Shown piece by piece: positions 29,672 to 42,904 of a DNA stretch of 64,000 bases (position 1 is its first letter; the number at the start of each line of letters is the position of its first letter). The position numbers and the translations under genes are program-made. The stretch is from contig NGBS01001167.1 in assembly GCA_002245135.1 (NCBI GenBank), positions 1-64,000 of the forward strand, read 5' to 3'. Source of the DNA: Proteromonas lacertae (lineage: Eukaryota). A model generated the notes under the pieces. It saw only the letters and a list, made by a program, of their open reading frames with translations, had not been told where the DNA came from and made no database searches.

Positions 29672-31058
29672 TTATTCCTTCTTTTTATTAAATCGCTTTT
29701 TTTTCAGAATTTGACTCTTTCTCTTCAATCTTTCTTCTTTCAATTTAATCAACTCTACCTCATTCATTACTATTTGTTGTTGTTTTTCATCACTTATATC
29801 ATTACATTTATCAGGTAATTTTTCGGATTGTGATATTTCTTCTTTCAAATTATCTCTCTCATTTAACTGTTGTTGTGGAATTTCTTTCACATCTTTCTCT
29901 TCTTTTATTACCTCTTCTTCTTTCATTTTCCCTTCATCTTTCACTTCATCTTTTATTTTCTCATTTTTCATATCTTTTGATTCTTGTTGAGAAACATTGC
30001 ACAACTGTGATTGTTGATTATTATTAGTAGTAGTAGCCAAAATAGCAGTTGGTTTTTGTTGCATCATCTGAGCTTGTATATTCGAATTACATCTTCTAAT
30101 CTTCAAATTACACAATAAACAGATTTGAGATAATGTATAGTGATATGATAAATACCTAATATAACAAATAGGATGATAACCATTCTTACAATAGAAACAA
30201 TTGATTAAATTAATCTTATTATTATTATTATTATTATTGATACTGTTATTGTTATTGTTGAATTGTAAAGAATTATTATCGATTGAAATATATGGTTTTA
30301 ACCTCATTATATTTCCTGCTGTTATAATATTTTCATCAAGACAACAATTAAAACATACAAATTCTTCTGTATTATCTTTCTCATTGACTAATTTGAATAA
30401 ATATCCAATGAATGTCATATTATTACATTTTTGACATTGAATTGATGTATTATTGTTATAATATTGTATTAACAATTGAACAAGTGGATTATCTTTGTTC
30501 AATTCTTTTGGACGAAATTGTTGTGATAGAAATGGAGGAATTGATGGATTAAAAAAGTTATTTTGGTATAAAAGATTAATATTCTGAGATGAAGTTGATT
30601 GAAGAGGGATTTGAGAAGGCATTTGCGTTTCTTGTGGAATTTTCGTTGGAACATTAATATTTGGACCTGAATTAAGAATTAAATGATTGGCAGGAGGAAT
30701 ATAAGGTACAATAGGGTGATAGGTTGGATGAAATGGTAACTGTTCTTTTAAACGTTGAGAATATGTAATTTTTGCTAATCTGCGTTTTTCTTCAACACAT
30801 TCAATACACTCTGGTTTGGCTATAGGATAATTATAATTGAAAATATCAGAAGATAGAATCGTTAATTTCTTTGGTATAGTAGGCTGAATATGGTATAAAT
30901 TCCTGCCTTACCCTAACAGTAGGACTCCTATCTCTTTCATTAACATTACGATTGTTTGCTTCTACTTTTGAATTTTCAACATATACAGATGCCACATCAC
31001 ACAAATCAAAAATATCTAACAGTGGATTATCTTCTGTCTCTTTCTGTTCATTTTGCAT
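29672..31058 (-). CDS. Hypothetical protein with several CxxC pairs and basic C-terminus (possible Zn-binding nuclear protein)
   Basis: Two ORFs joinable by an intron near 30822-30860; CIEC, CQKC, CFNC, CFYC...HPIC and CLLC motifs; KRKSQILKKKRFNKKKE tail. Confidence 0.55.
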
Positions 31059-31523
31059 TTATAAAGAATTAAGAGAATTGATTGGGTGTCAAAATAGATT
31101 TACTGAAATAGCTTGGCTTGATGTTTATTTTTTTTTTGAGTTTTTGAGTGATGTCTATATTAAATCCACAAATATTCATTATATTTTGATTATGTTCATA
31201 TTTTCTCTTCATTATATTCTTGAAAACGGTTATTTGCTATTTTTTTAATCCTTCTACAAAACTAGAATATAGAATGTAATTATGAAATTGTTAGAAAAAA
31301 TGAAATGAGATTTCATTATTTAATATTCTGGTAAGCAATTTTGATAATTACCCACTATTCTGTTACATATTTCTGTTTTATATAACGCTTTTGATATTTC
31401 TTACAAAATTTTGACAATACTGCACTTAACAAAAGAGCAAGTTTTACAATTTATAATTTTTGTTTAAATAGTCAGTTTATTGTTTCAAGCTTTACATTTG
31501 ATATTTTTTATAAATTTAATTAA

Positions 31524-32499
31524 ATGGGAAAAGACGGTTTAGCTGGTACAATCTTTGCTGTAGGTGCAGCAGCTGTAATTGGTATAGGCGCTTTAGCTGG
31601 TTATGTAGGAGCAAAAGTCCAAAAGAAGGCAAATAAGTATAATGTGAATATTTAATATTTAGAGACAAGAAATTGGAAAGACAAATATCAGATCAAGGTA
31701 TATCTGAGGAGTCAAGACTAGCCTTCTGGTTCGAATCTTCTAAATCAAATCTACAAGATCCCAACTACAGAGACTTTATAGATTTGTATTATAACCATAT
31801 TTTAATTTTTATAGAGATGTTTCAGATGAAATAGCTCACCAAATTCAAATTGATGTTGAAAGAACCTTAAACTATTCTTCGCACGAAGTAGATAAAGAAG
31901 TCTTGACACGTGTGCTAAGAGCAATAGCAGTAGCCTGTCCATCAGTTAGTTATGTTCAAGGAATGAACTATATTTGTGCATTCTTACTAACAAAATGTGG
32001 TGAAGAGGAATGTTTCGTATTAATGTATCGATTAATAACAAATAAAAGATATTGTTTAAACAATCTATTTAAAGAATCTTTACCGCATATTGATGTATTA
32101 TCAAAACAGTTTTACAAAGCATTAAAACACGTTGATCCTGCAGTATATAATCATTTAAGGGATAATAACTGCAATATTGCAATAGCAATCCTTGTAAAAC
32201 ACTGGTTGACATTATTTACACAAACATTCCTATTAAAAGATGAAGAAAGAGATAAATTATGGGATTTATTCTTTGTACAAGGATGGATACCGTTAATTAG
32301 ATTATCAGGTTTGGTGTTGGTACGTAACAGAGATGTAGTGTTAGCATCTGATGAGAATGAGTTAATTGGCGTTTTATATGCCATTTATTCACCAGAAAGT
32401 TGTACAGGTGAAGAGTTTATTTCTGATTTAAGATCATTTTCTGTTCCTATAGAATTTCAAGATATGTGGAATAATGTTGTTGAGGCTGTTAAAGCTTAG
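31524..32499 (+). CDS. TBC-domain Rab GTPase-activating protein with N-terminal hydrophobic anchor
   Basis: Arg finger QIQIDVERT and Gln finger SYVQGMNYICAFLL, plus WLTLF and LWDLFFVQGW. N-terminus MGKDGLAGTIFAVGAAAVIGIGALAGYVGAKVQKK. Confidence 0.88.
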
Positions 32500-32793
32500 A
32501 GATGTATTGGAAATATATATTTTATCATATTGTTTTTTTATTACGTATATGTTTTTAATTATGTTGTTTTTTTGTGAATTATATGAAAATATTGTAGTGA
32601 TCAAATAAATGAATGATATTTTACACGCTAATTTTAAACTAGCATTATTGTCGATTAGTTTTTGAACAATTACAATAATGACCGTCAGAAGCTTGAATTT
32701 TTACCTTCTTTCATTTTTGTTATTTCTTATTAAGGGCACAAATTGTAAACTTGCTGCTCCTATTAGATTTTATTGCTGATATAATTTAGTTCA

Positions 32794-33472
32794 ATGGATG
32801 ATGATGATAATGAGGAGTTTTCATTTAGTACATCATTCCTTATAATAATCACTAGAATACTTTATTTCAGGTGGTTTTGCAGGATTGATTGCAGAAAGCA
32901 CAATATATCCCATCGATACTGTAAATACTAGAGCCAAAATGCAATTGTCAAAAATAAGAGAGTCTACATTTCGTATTTTGATGAGAATGTATAAAACTGG
33001 TATATATTACATGATTGTTATGTGATAGAGGGAATGAAATGCTTCTTCTATGGATATAGTGCATTACCAATTTGTTCCTTACCACAATATGCTTTATATT
33101 TTGGTGTATATGAGACTCTTAAGTCAGTGGGACTAAAATTCTTCCCTGAAAATAAGAAAATTACTTACTTTACATGTGGTACACTTGCAGAATTAATAAT
33201 AGCATTTTATACAGTTCCATTCGAAGTAGTAAAAAAGAGAATGCAAATGGGTAAAATAAGAACCTTTGAAGATGGCTGGTTAAATACACAACCAATGTAT
33301 AAGAATGGACCACATGCTTTATACACAATATTTAAATATGAAGGTTTTAAAGGGTTATACAGTGGTTTTAAATGTTGTATATTATCTGAAACTATATTTT
33401 CTGCATTTCAATTTCTGTTTTATGAATCATTTAAAAATAAATATATGAGTTATACTAGAAGAGAAGTAACTG

Positions 33473-33506
<34 letters not shown>

Positions 33507-33776
33507 TAGGGAACTTCAACCTTGATAATGGGAGGTGTAGCTGGTGTTTTAGGTTCAGTTATATCAAATCCATTTGACACAGCATCAGCAAGGTTAATGA
33601 CAATGTCTTCTACTTATCATAATTTATGGGGTACGTTTAAATTATTGATTAAAAGAGAAGGTTTTATGAGTTTATTCAGTGGAACATTACCTCGTGCAAT
33701 TTCATATTTTCCTTTATCTGGTTTGACATTTTTTGCTTATGAAGAGATTAATCGTTTAATAGATAAGTTTACATAA
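32794..33776 (+). CDS. Mitochondrial carrier family (SLC25) protein
   Basis: Three carrier signature motifs, YPIDTVNTR, VPFEVVKKRMQ and NPFDTASARLM, across three short introns. Confidence 0.92.
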
Positions 33777-33937
33777 TAATAAGTAGTAGTTTTGTAAGTG
33801 CTTTAGATTAAGATTTTTATAATGAATTTAGTTTATTTTTTTGATGTGTTGTTTTTTAAGTTTTATGAGAAAATTAAAAAATAAAATAAAAGATAGAAAA
33901 ACACACAAAATATTAAAATAAAAAAAAATGTCAAACA

Positions 33938-36268
33938 CTAATCCTTTTTATTCATTTTCTGTTTTTTATTCTTTGTTTTATTTTCATTTAAAGATTGGCT
34001 TACTTTACGCTTTACAGTTTGAGCTAAGAATTCCAATTCCTTTTTCTGTGAAATTTCTTTATTCTTTTTATTCATATTATCATCCTTCTTATCATCATCA
34101 TCATCTTTGTTATTATTATGTCTTTTCTTATGAACTTCTTCCACCAATCTCTTCATATTTTCTGTTGCTTTAAAATGAGGATCTGTTGGATCAATATGAT
34201 ATTCAGATGATTTATATAAACCAGCAAATCTTGGATCTGATGTATCAATTTCAAATCCTTCCTGTAAATGAAATTCATCAGTGTGCTTTCTTATCTTATT
34301 CTTTTTCTTTTGATCAACTATCAATATATCATTCATATCATAATTCTTATTATCATCATCACTTTCATCCATCAACAACTCTAATTTTGCTTTACTCTTC
34401 TTTTCTTCTTCAGTTTCTGGTTTTTTAGTTATTTTCTTCTTCCTTGATTTCTTTGATTCTGATTGGTTATTGTGTAATTCATTTTCTTCTTCATTTTCTT
34501 TATTTCTTATTTCATCTATTTTTGACCAATCAAAGAATTCATCATCTGGATCAATTGTAGATGATATATCTTTATTTTTATTCTGTTTTTCTTCTTCCTT
34601 TTGCTTTCTTCTTTCTTTTCTTGTTAATTTTCTCTTTTCTAAGTATTTATCATATATACTTTTATCTTTATCTTCAAATTTACTCTTTATTTTATCTTCT
34701 ATCTTCTTGGATAAAGATGGAACAAATTTTATTTCTTTTTTTCCACTCTCTTCTTCATCATTATCACCTACATCTTTTTTATTATCATTGCCTTCTTCAT
34801 CTTCATCATCACTATCATCATAGTTTTTATGAATATCTTTCAATAGTGAAGCATATTTACTTTTTTTCTCTTCAATATCACTTTCATCTGATGATGAGTC
34901 ACTACCAATATAATTTGAAAAATCATTCTCTATATCTTGAAGATTCATATTTCCCCATTTTAATAATACTTTTTTTTTCTATTTCAATAAATAAATATAA
35001 ATAATAATAATAATATATATATATACTTCTTCATCTTCCTCATCCCATGTCAACTTCACTTTAGTATGTTCCAATGCAGATGTAGTAAAATCAATAGGTT
35101 CATAATTCTCTGGAACATCAGTTGTTTTATCTTTAATTTCTCTATCATCAAATGATATATCATCAGGGATATATCTCATATCAAATATATTACCACTTTG
35201 CAAATATTCAAATCCATCACATTGATCATAAATACTACTGGAGGCTTCTAATGAATTACATTCAACTACAGCGAAATAATATTTTAATCTTTGTTTTTCA
35301 TATTTTCTTAGTTTGATATTTTCATGTTTTTGTGCTTCTTCTGGATTTTCTAACTCTTCAATATCTTTATCAAAGTCTAATTCTTCATCGCTTTCATCAT
35401 CATCATCATCATCACTATCTTCGCTGTTTTTATGCTTTTTAGTATTATCATCTTTCAAATCATTTGGATTTTCATATACGATTTTACCTTCAGGTCCATA
35501 TTCATTCTCTTCTTTCTATATAACAAATAAATTATAAATTATAAAATAATAAAAATACAATTTTTTTAATTCCATAATCGGATGGATAGATTGTTACTGA
35601 TTTTATATCTCCTCTTTTACAAAACGAATTTAATACTGCAAATATATCAACTGCTCTAATATGATCCCAATCTAAATTAACTAATCCAATTCTTAGTGTT
35701 ACATCTCCCATTGGTATTTCTTCTCTTTCATCATCTTCTTCCTCCTCTTCTTCTTCTTCTTCACTTATTTCTTCCTTCTTATTCTTCTTCTTTATTTTCT
35801 GTTTATCATCCTGTTGATTATCCTTTTCATTTTCATCATCTTCTTCTTCACTACTACTTTCTGATGAACTTGATTCTGATAGAGATACTTCACCTCTTGC
35901 TAATCTGTTTAATCTTTCTAATTTATCTTCAGTAGTATTTGATTTTGGATTTCCATCATTGTCATCATCAACATAATAAAGATCTGTCAATCTTTCTTTT
36001 CTAGATTTCTTATTTTTTCTTCCATATTGATCAACTGGTGCTTCATCTTCAATTTCAAAATCCTTATCAAACATTTTCTGGAATCTTTTGTCAATTTTCA
36101 CTTTTACTTGCTTCTTTTGAACTTTTTTAAATCTCTATTACAATAATAAATGGTATTATATACATGATCTGTGTGGACTGAGGCAAAACGAGGATCATCC
36201 AAATCATTTACCTGTTGTTGATCTTGTTTCTTTGTTTTCTTTGATTGTTTATCCTTTTTGTTATTCAT
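33938..36268 (-). CDS. ESF1: ESF1 pre-rRNA processing factor (NUC153 domain)
   Basis: DDPRFASVH, KIDKRFQKMF, VNLDWDHIRAVDI, SVTIYPSDYG, LRKYEKQRLKYYFAVVEC, DMRYIPDD, VKLTWDE and IDTSDPRFAGLYKSSEYHIDPTDPHFK. Confidence 0.93.
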
Positions 36269-36339
36269 AAAACCAAGAAATGTAATAAAAGCTTGATTCT
36301 AGTTTGACTATTTTTTTTGCATTTTTATCAAAATCCCAA

Positions 36340-37826
36340 ATGCAAAAGCTTTTCACACCCAAAAATATTAATTTAGTTAAGTCAGCTATGTACTATATGA
36401 ATTTAACTAGACAATATACCAATAATATTCTTAGTTTCAATACAAAACATTTTTCAACACTAGAAAGAAATGAAAATTCTCATGCAATATCTGATTTATT
36501 TGATTTGACAGATGAACAAAAAGAATTCTCAGATAATGTATGTATTAGTAATATTTATAATGTTCTTAAATAGGTACGTGAATTAGTTGAAAAAGAAGTA
36601 GAACCACAAGCAATAGATTATAACATAAAAGGAAAATTTAACAGACCTCTTTATGAAAAATTAGGAAAAAATCATTTAATAGGTGTAACAATACCTGAAA
36701 AATATGGCGGATTAGGATTAGAAGCAACAGAAGCTTGTATTTTATATGAAGAAATGTCATATTCTGATCCAGCTTTTACATTATCTTTACTCGCACATTC
36801 TATATTATGTGCTCATAATTTATTTAAAAATGGAAATAAAAGTCAACATGCTAGATGGCTAAATGATTTATGTAGCGGGAAAAAGATTGGAGGAATAGGA
36901 ATGACTGAACCAAACAGTGGAACTGATGTGCTAAATATGAATACTAATTATGAAATTAAAGGAGATGATATAATATTAAATGGAAGTAAAATATATGTAA
37001 CAAATGCAGGAATTGGTGATATGTTTCTTGTTTATGGAAGAGATATAAGTACAATGAATGATAATAAGAAAAGAAAGAATGGAATAACTTTATTTGCTGT
37101 CGAAAAAGTATCTTATAAATTCTATTTATTTGTATTAGGATATGGAAGGATTTACTCAACACAAAATGTTAAATAAACACGGTATGAAAAGCAGTCCGTG
37201 GGGCGAATTATCATTTCATAATGTTCGAATACCAAAAGAGAATGTAATTGGAAAAGTTGGAGAAGGATTAATTCCAATGGTATTTATTAGATATAATAAT
37301 AATAATAATAATAATATTTTTTGTTTAGATGAGAAATTTAGAACTTGAAAGAGTAACAATTGCATCACAATCTCTAGGTATTATAAAGCGATGTTTGGTA
37401 GAGATGATTAAATACAGTAAAACAAGAAAAATTGGTCCAAATAAACTATTATATCAAAGTGATGAAACTGTGAGAAAAATTACAAATGCTTATACCAAAT
37501 ATTGTAGTGGAGGATGTAAATTATATTCATGTTGTAGACATGTATATTTTATATATTAATATATTAAATAGTTAGATTTAGATAATCCTGGAAATAGACT
37601 GATGACTGATTCAACAAAATTACAAATACAAAAAGATGCTGAAGAAGTGACTTTAGATGCAATGCATTTGTTTGGTGCTAGTGGTAATACTAGTGAAATA
37701 CTAGCAGGAAGATTCCATATGGATGCTTTTACATTAGCTATAGGTGCTGGAACTGAAGAAGCATTAAGAAAGAATATGATGAAGGATATTTTTAAATATC
37801 ATTCAGATTTAAGAACATTATTTTAA
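36340..37826 (+). CDS. Acyl-CoA dehydrogenase (isovaleryl-CoA dehydrogenase-like), probable mitochondrial targeting
   Basis: GVTIPEKYGGLGL, GMTEPNSGTDV, LNGSKIYVTNA, GELSFHNVRIPKENVIGKVGEG, LELERV and IGAGTEEALR; presequence-like N-terminus. Confidence 0.88.
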
Positions 37827-37941
37827 TATATTGTTATAATTGAGATTGTGTAAGAAAAAAGTAAAAATGTGAAAAACAATCGATTGTATCGATTGTTTAT
37901 TCTGTTTCGATTGTTTTGTGAAAAGGTTTTTTGTTGAATTA

Positions 37942-38875
37942 ATGCATACAGATCTGATTAAAGCGTTAGAAAACTATAGAGTATATCTCACTGATGTTTA
38001 TAAAATAGATAATAAGGAATTTTAATCCCAAAGAATGGATTGATAAGAAATGTTCTCTTTTTAATGAATATATGAATAAATGCGGTTTAAAAGCAGCCGT
38101 GTATTTTCATTATATCTAATATGATATTAGAATAAGTATTTCTGGTGGAGTTGATTCTGCTTGTGTGACAGCTTTAGTGAAACATGCAATGCAAATGCCT
38201 GATTCTCCAATAAAAGAATTATTGGCAGTAGCTCAACCTATCCAAAGCTCACAATGGGCAATTGACAGAGCAGCAGAATGTTGCAAAGCTTTAGATGTAA
38301 GAATGGTTACTGTAGATCAAACAAAGATATATAACGAATTACTAAGAATAGTAGATGATGCAGTAGGAATTAAAGGAAATACTTTCAACACAGGTCAATT
38401 AAGATCTTATATGAGAACACCAGTCGCGTATTATGTGGCTCAGTTAATGTCACAAAAGTATCCATGTATAGTGATGGGAACTGGCAATCAAGACGAAGAT
38501 GGATATTTGGGTTATTTCTGTAAAGCAGGAGATGGTGTAGTGGATATACAATTGATAGCTGATTTACATAAGAGTGAGGTGTTTAAAGTAAGTAAGGAAC
38601 TTGGTGTTCCTGATAGTATTGTCAATGCTCCACCAAGTGCTGATTTATGGGATGGTCAGACTGATGAAAATGAGATGGGAATTACTTATGATTTTGTTGA
38701 ATTGTATACTGGCTATTATTTGAATATGAATGAGAGTGAAAAAAGTGAATTTAAGAATAAATTGAGTAAAGATGCTTTATTGGAGTTTGAAGAGAGTGAG
38801 AAGAAAGCTGTATCAATTCATAAAAGAAATGAACATAAATTATCTCCAGGACCTAAAGTAATAAATGTTTTATAA
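37942..38875 (+). CDS. nadE: Single-domain NH3-dependent NAD+ synthetase
   Basis: Spliced N-terminus FNPKEWIDKK...YMNKCGLKAAV|ISISGGVDSA, then VMGTGNQDED..LGYFCKAGDG, IADLHKSEVF and PPSADLWDGQTDENEMGITYD. No glutaminase domain. Confidence 0.9.
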
Positions 38876-38993
38876 AATATAAAATGATTTATATAATTTG
38901 GTGAATTTTTGTTGAATGTTTTATAAAATGATTTATTAAAAGAAGGTTTTCAATATAATTTGATGTTGAAGTTTAACTTTAATATAAACTTCT

Positions 38994-41094
38994 TTAGATT
39001 GAAACATCCAACCGTTTATTGGGATGGTTTTCTTTGATTATTCTTTTAATATCTTTATTATTATATAATTTATTGTATAAAAGATGTAATTTGTTTATTC
39101 TTTTGCATTTTGGTAGATATTTTGATAATAGTCTTCCTCCAATTTCTGATAAATTATTACCAACCAATTCCAATTCTCTTAATTCTGTAATATATTGAAT
39201 ATTATTACCAAACACTGTTAAACCAAAATCTGTTATACCATTCACTATATATATGAAGAATATTATTATATTTATATAAAATAATACTAGAAATATTTAA
39301 ATATTCTAATTTTTTAATATCTTTTAAATGAGAAGAAAATGTATTAAACCCACTATCCCCTATATCACAATCTATTCATTATTAACTTCATATAAACACA
39401 AATATACCATAAAAACTCAACCATTTCAAATTAGATAAAGTACAAAAAACATCACTTAATACTTCAATTCCTTCTTTTCTTATTTTATTACCTTGTAAAT
39501 CTAATTTCTCTAATTGACGAATGAATTGGGCATCATCTTTGAAATAGTTAATTCCAATTAATGTAATTGTATTACTACCAACATCTAGCTCTTTCAACTC
39601 TGGAATATATTTGAATGACTCACATACATCTTTAAAACCACCGTCACCGATTAAACAATCTATATATTATTATATCTTATATTTAGTACATCTCAATCTT
39701 AAACATTTCATGTTTGGAGTTAAATGTAATATTTCACTTAATATTTCTATTCCTTCTTTTCCTATTCTATTAGCTAATATCATTATAAAACTATCTGAAA
39801 TATACATGATATATCTATTTTCTCTAATTTTGGGATGAATTGAATATTCTCTTTAAAATAATTCATTCCTATTGAAGTAATTGAATTACTACCTACATTT
39901 AATTCTTTCAATTCTTGAAGATACTGCAATGATCTACATATATGTTTAAAACCATTATCACCTATTTTATTTGCTATATTATTAAAGATACTATTTATAT
40001 ACATTCTAATTCAAGAATTGTGATGAATGGATATAATCTCAATCTCTTATTCAAATATAAAGCACTTGTTTCCCTTAATATTACTCTATTATCACTAATA
40101 TTCAAATCTAATTTTGTTGATTTATTCTTTTCTACTTCGCTCAATAAAACATCAATCTTTTCTTCTATTATTATGAGATTATATATATATATATATATAT
40201 ATACTTATTATATCATCTAAGTATCCTACATTCTCTTCTTCTTCTTCTTCTTTAAATACATGTAAGTATACAATCTCATTTATTCGATTTACTTCATTTA
40301 ATACTTCATCTATTGATATTCTCTTTTCCTTATCTTTTACTATTAATTTGTTCAATAAACCATTTAAATCATAAGCAAAATCACATTCTAATTTCTCATA
40401 TTTACATTTTTCTATATTTTTTGTTGTTTCAACTATTGATTTGGATTTGAACAGAAATTTACCACTTAACACATAATAAAAAATACAACCAAAACTCCAA
40501 ATATCACTTTCTTTACTCACTTCTTCACTTCTCATTTCTTCATAACTTATAAAACACAAATTATCACATCTTTCTATATCTTTTTCACCATTCTTTCCAA
40601 TATAAAGCTCATTGTTTAAATAATCACTTAATATTATCTCATTCTCTTCAGTAAGAAACACATTGGAGGGTTTTAAATCACCATGGTATAAATTCATCAT
40701 ATGTAAACTCTTTAATCCATTACAAATTCCATATAATACATTGTAACTACCCATATCTTCGAAATATTCAACAGGATTTATGTCTCTTAAATTTATACTT
40801 ACATAAGGCATTAATCGATATAAAGTATTTTCTAATAATACCAGCTTAGTATATTTTATTAAGTTTACACAGTTTTCGTTATTCACTCTCTCAATCTTGC
40901 TTAAAACATCCTTTATTACAGCTTCATTCAATTTGGAAGTGTTTATCACCTTCAAACATTCATAAATACCATCCAATTTATTCTTTATTATCTTCACGCA
41001 TTCTTTTTCTTCTATAACCTATTTACACAATATATTAATCAATTCATACTTCATAGTCATTATCTAACACATTTTTATATTTTATATTTATCAT
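38994..41094 (-). CDS. Divergent protein kinase + RI-like LRR protein
   Basis: YHGDLKPSNVFL, LSDYL and SDIWSFGCIFY, followed by LRR exons (NKIGDNGFKHICRSLQYLQELKELNVGSN, NKIRKEGIEVL, NNLSEIGGRLL). ATG 41094 by manual splicing. Confidence 0.8.
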
Positions 41095-41536
41095 TTTTAC
41101 TTCTATCTATCACAATCTTAATTCAAAAATAAAAGATCTCAAACAATAAGTCAAGCCAATATGCTTTTCATAACAATAAACTAATTAAATGGAGTATTAT
41201 GAAGTGATTATAAATAATGCTACAAACTAGATATGCTTTTAATTATATGTAAAATACTATAACTCAGCAAAATGAAACAATTTTACATATTATTAATATA
41301 TGATGTTTATTTAAATTAAAATAGAATTAATTAAAACCATTAAAACCAATTTATTTGGTTGTATGGCTAAATTCCATGGTTATGTAATTTTACTTCAACA
41401 TTCACTTATCTATTGTTCTTCTATAAGAATAATAATAATTTATAATGTTATAAGTAATTTATTTCTATTTTACTATTCAATATTTATTTAGAATTTTTCA
41501 AGCTTTTATCAATCATTTTTTGTTTCTTTATTAGTT

Positions 41537-42048
41537 TTATAAGAGGCTAATTACTCTTAAAAATATGATATAATAGAATGTCAAGAAGGTGGGAAAATAA
41601 TAATATCGCAGATATTTGATATGTGGTATAAACTTTGTAGTACATATAGAAATTTTGTTACAAATATAAATCCTAGTTTTAATTATTATCCTGAAAATAT
41701 AGTAGTAGATTCTACACCTCATAAGAGTATACATATCATTACGGAGTATTTCATCAATAAATCGAAAACTAAAATATAGTGGATATAATATAAAGAATGT
41801 AAAAATAAACCAACAAAAAGAAATCATAAAGATAGAAGACAATATATGACAACAATGGATAACCTATAATTTGGAAATAATAATTTGCTACTTTATACAA
41901 GCATAGTTATTAAATATACAATGCAACTACTACAATATATTAATATAAGTCAGGGTATGAATTGTAATATTATAGTAAAAGATAAAAATCCCTCAAATTT
42001 ATCTGACTTATATTTATACAATAATGGTATTTGGCATACCAATCCCAT
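41537..42048 (-). pseudogene. Spliced hydrophobic ORF (~158 codons) with one in-frame TGA; pseudogene, recoded gene or base error
   Basis: ATG 42048; exon 42048-41899 (50 codons, TGA at 41950-41952); 35-nt GT-AG intron 41898-41864; then in frame with ORF 41537-41842. A GCTTGA element lies at 42105. Confidence 0.4.
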
Positions 42049-42904
42049 TCACATTTAATACGATAAATAAATATATTGTCTTTATTCTTTTGTACTATTT
42101 ACAAGCTTGATTTGATTATATTTCTAAAATAATAATAAGAAAACTAGAAAAGATTGAGAAAAAAAACGAACAAAAAATTATAGAAAAAAGTAACTTGTAT
42201 TTATTTTATTTTTTGTTCTATTTTTTAGATGATTTATATGTAGGATATTGATAAACCTACCACAAAAATATAGAAAAATTACTATTTCAAATGAAAATGA
42301 CAGTTTCTTTTTATTGTTTTAGTTTTTGCTATTGACTTTATCGTTATACAATGTTTTTATTTATCTTTTTAGTGTATGAATGATATAGCAGTTTTTATAT
42401 AACAGATTATAATATATAAAATATTAAAGAAAAATAGAACTACATAGCAACTGATAGAGTTTATTTCCAACATATGATAATTCGATTTAGCTTATTCTTG
42501 CTTATATTTACATTGAAATGTTAAGTAAGTTATATTTACTTGTTAAACACTTACATATACATTCTCTTTATTAATCTGATAGGTGACAGACATATAAAAA
42601 AAGAAAGATATTCTCAACTAATGTTTACACTGTTCTTGTTAAAACCTAAATCATAGTAATACATTGTAATATGAATATTTTAAGAGTAATTAGTCTCTAA
42701 AATGAATTATTCTGTATAAAAAATAAAAAAAAATATGGTATAACCGTTTTTAATATTTTTTACTTTTCTATTAACACGATTTGGCAATATTTATAGGTTA
42801 AATGAGCATATTTATTGTATATGAAATATATACCCAACTGCAAATTATAAATATAAATTAATCAATATATCAAAAACAGTTTATATATCAACAAAATTAA
42901 CAAG

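Noticed and set aside
33472..33509. (TA)n runs here and at ~1998, ~5281, ~40180
   Set aside because: They are microsatellite slippage inside introns whose donors begin GTATAT; they are not CRISPR, telomeric or mobile repeats.
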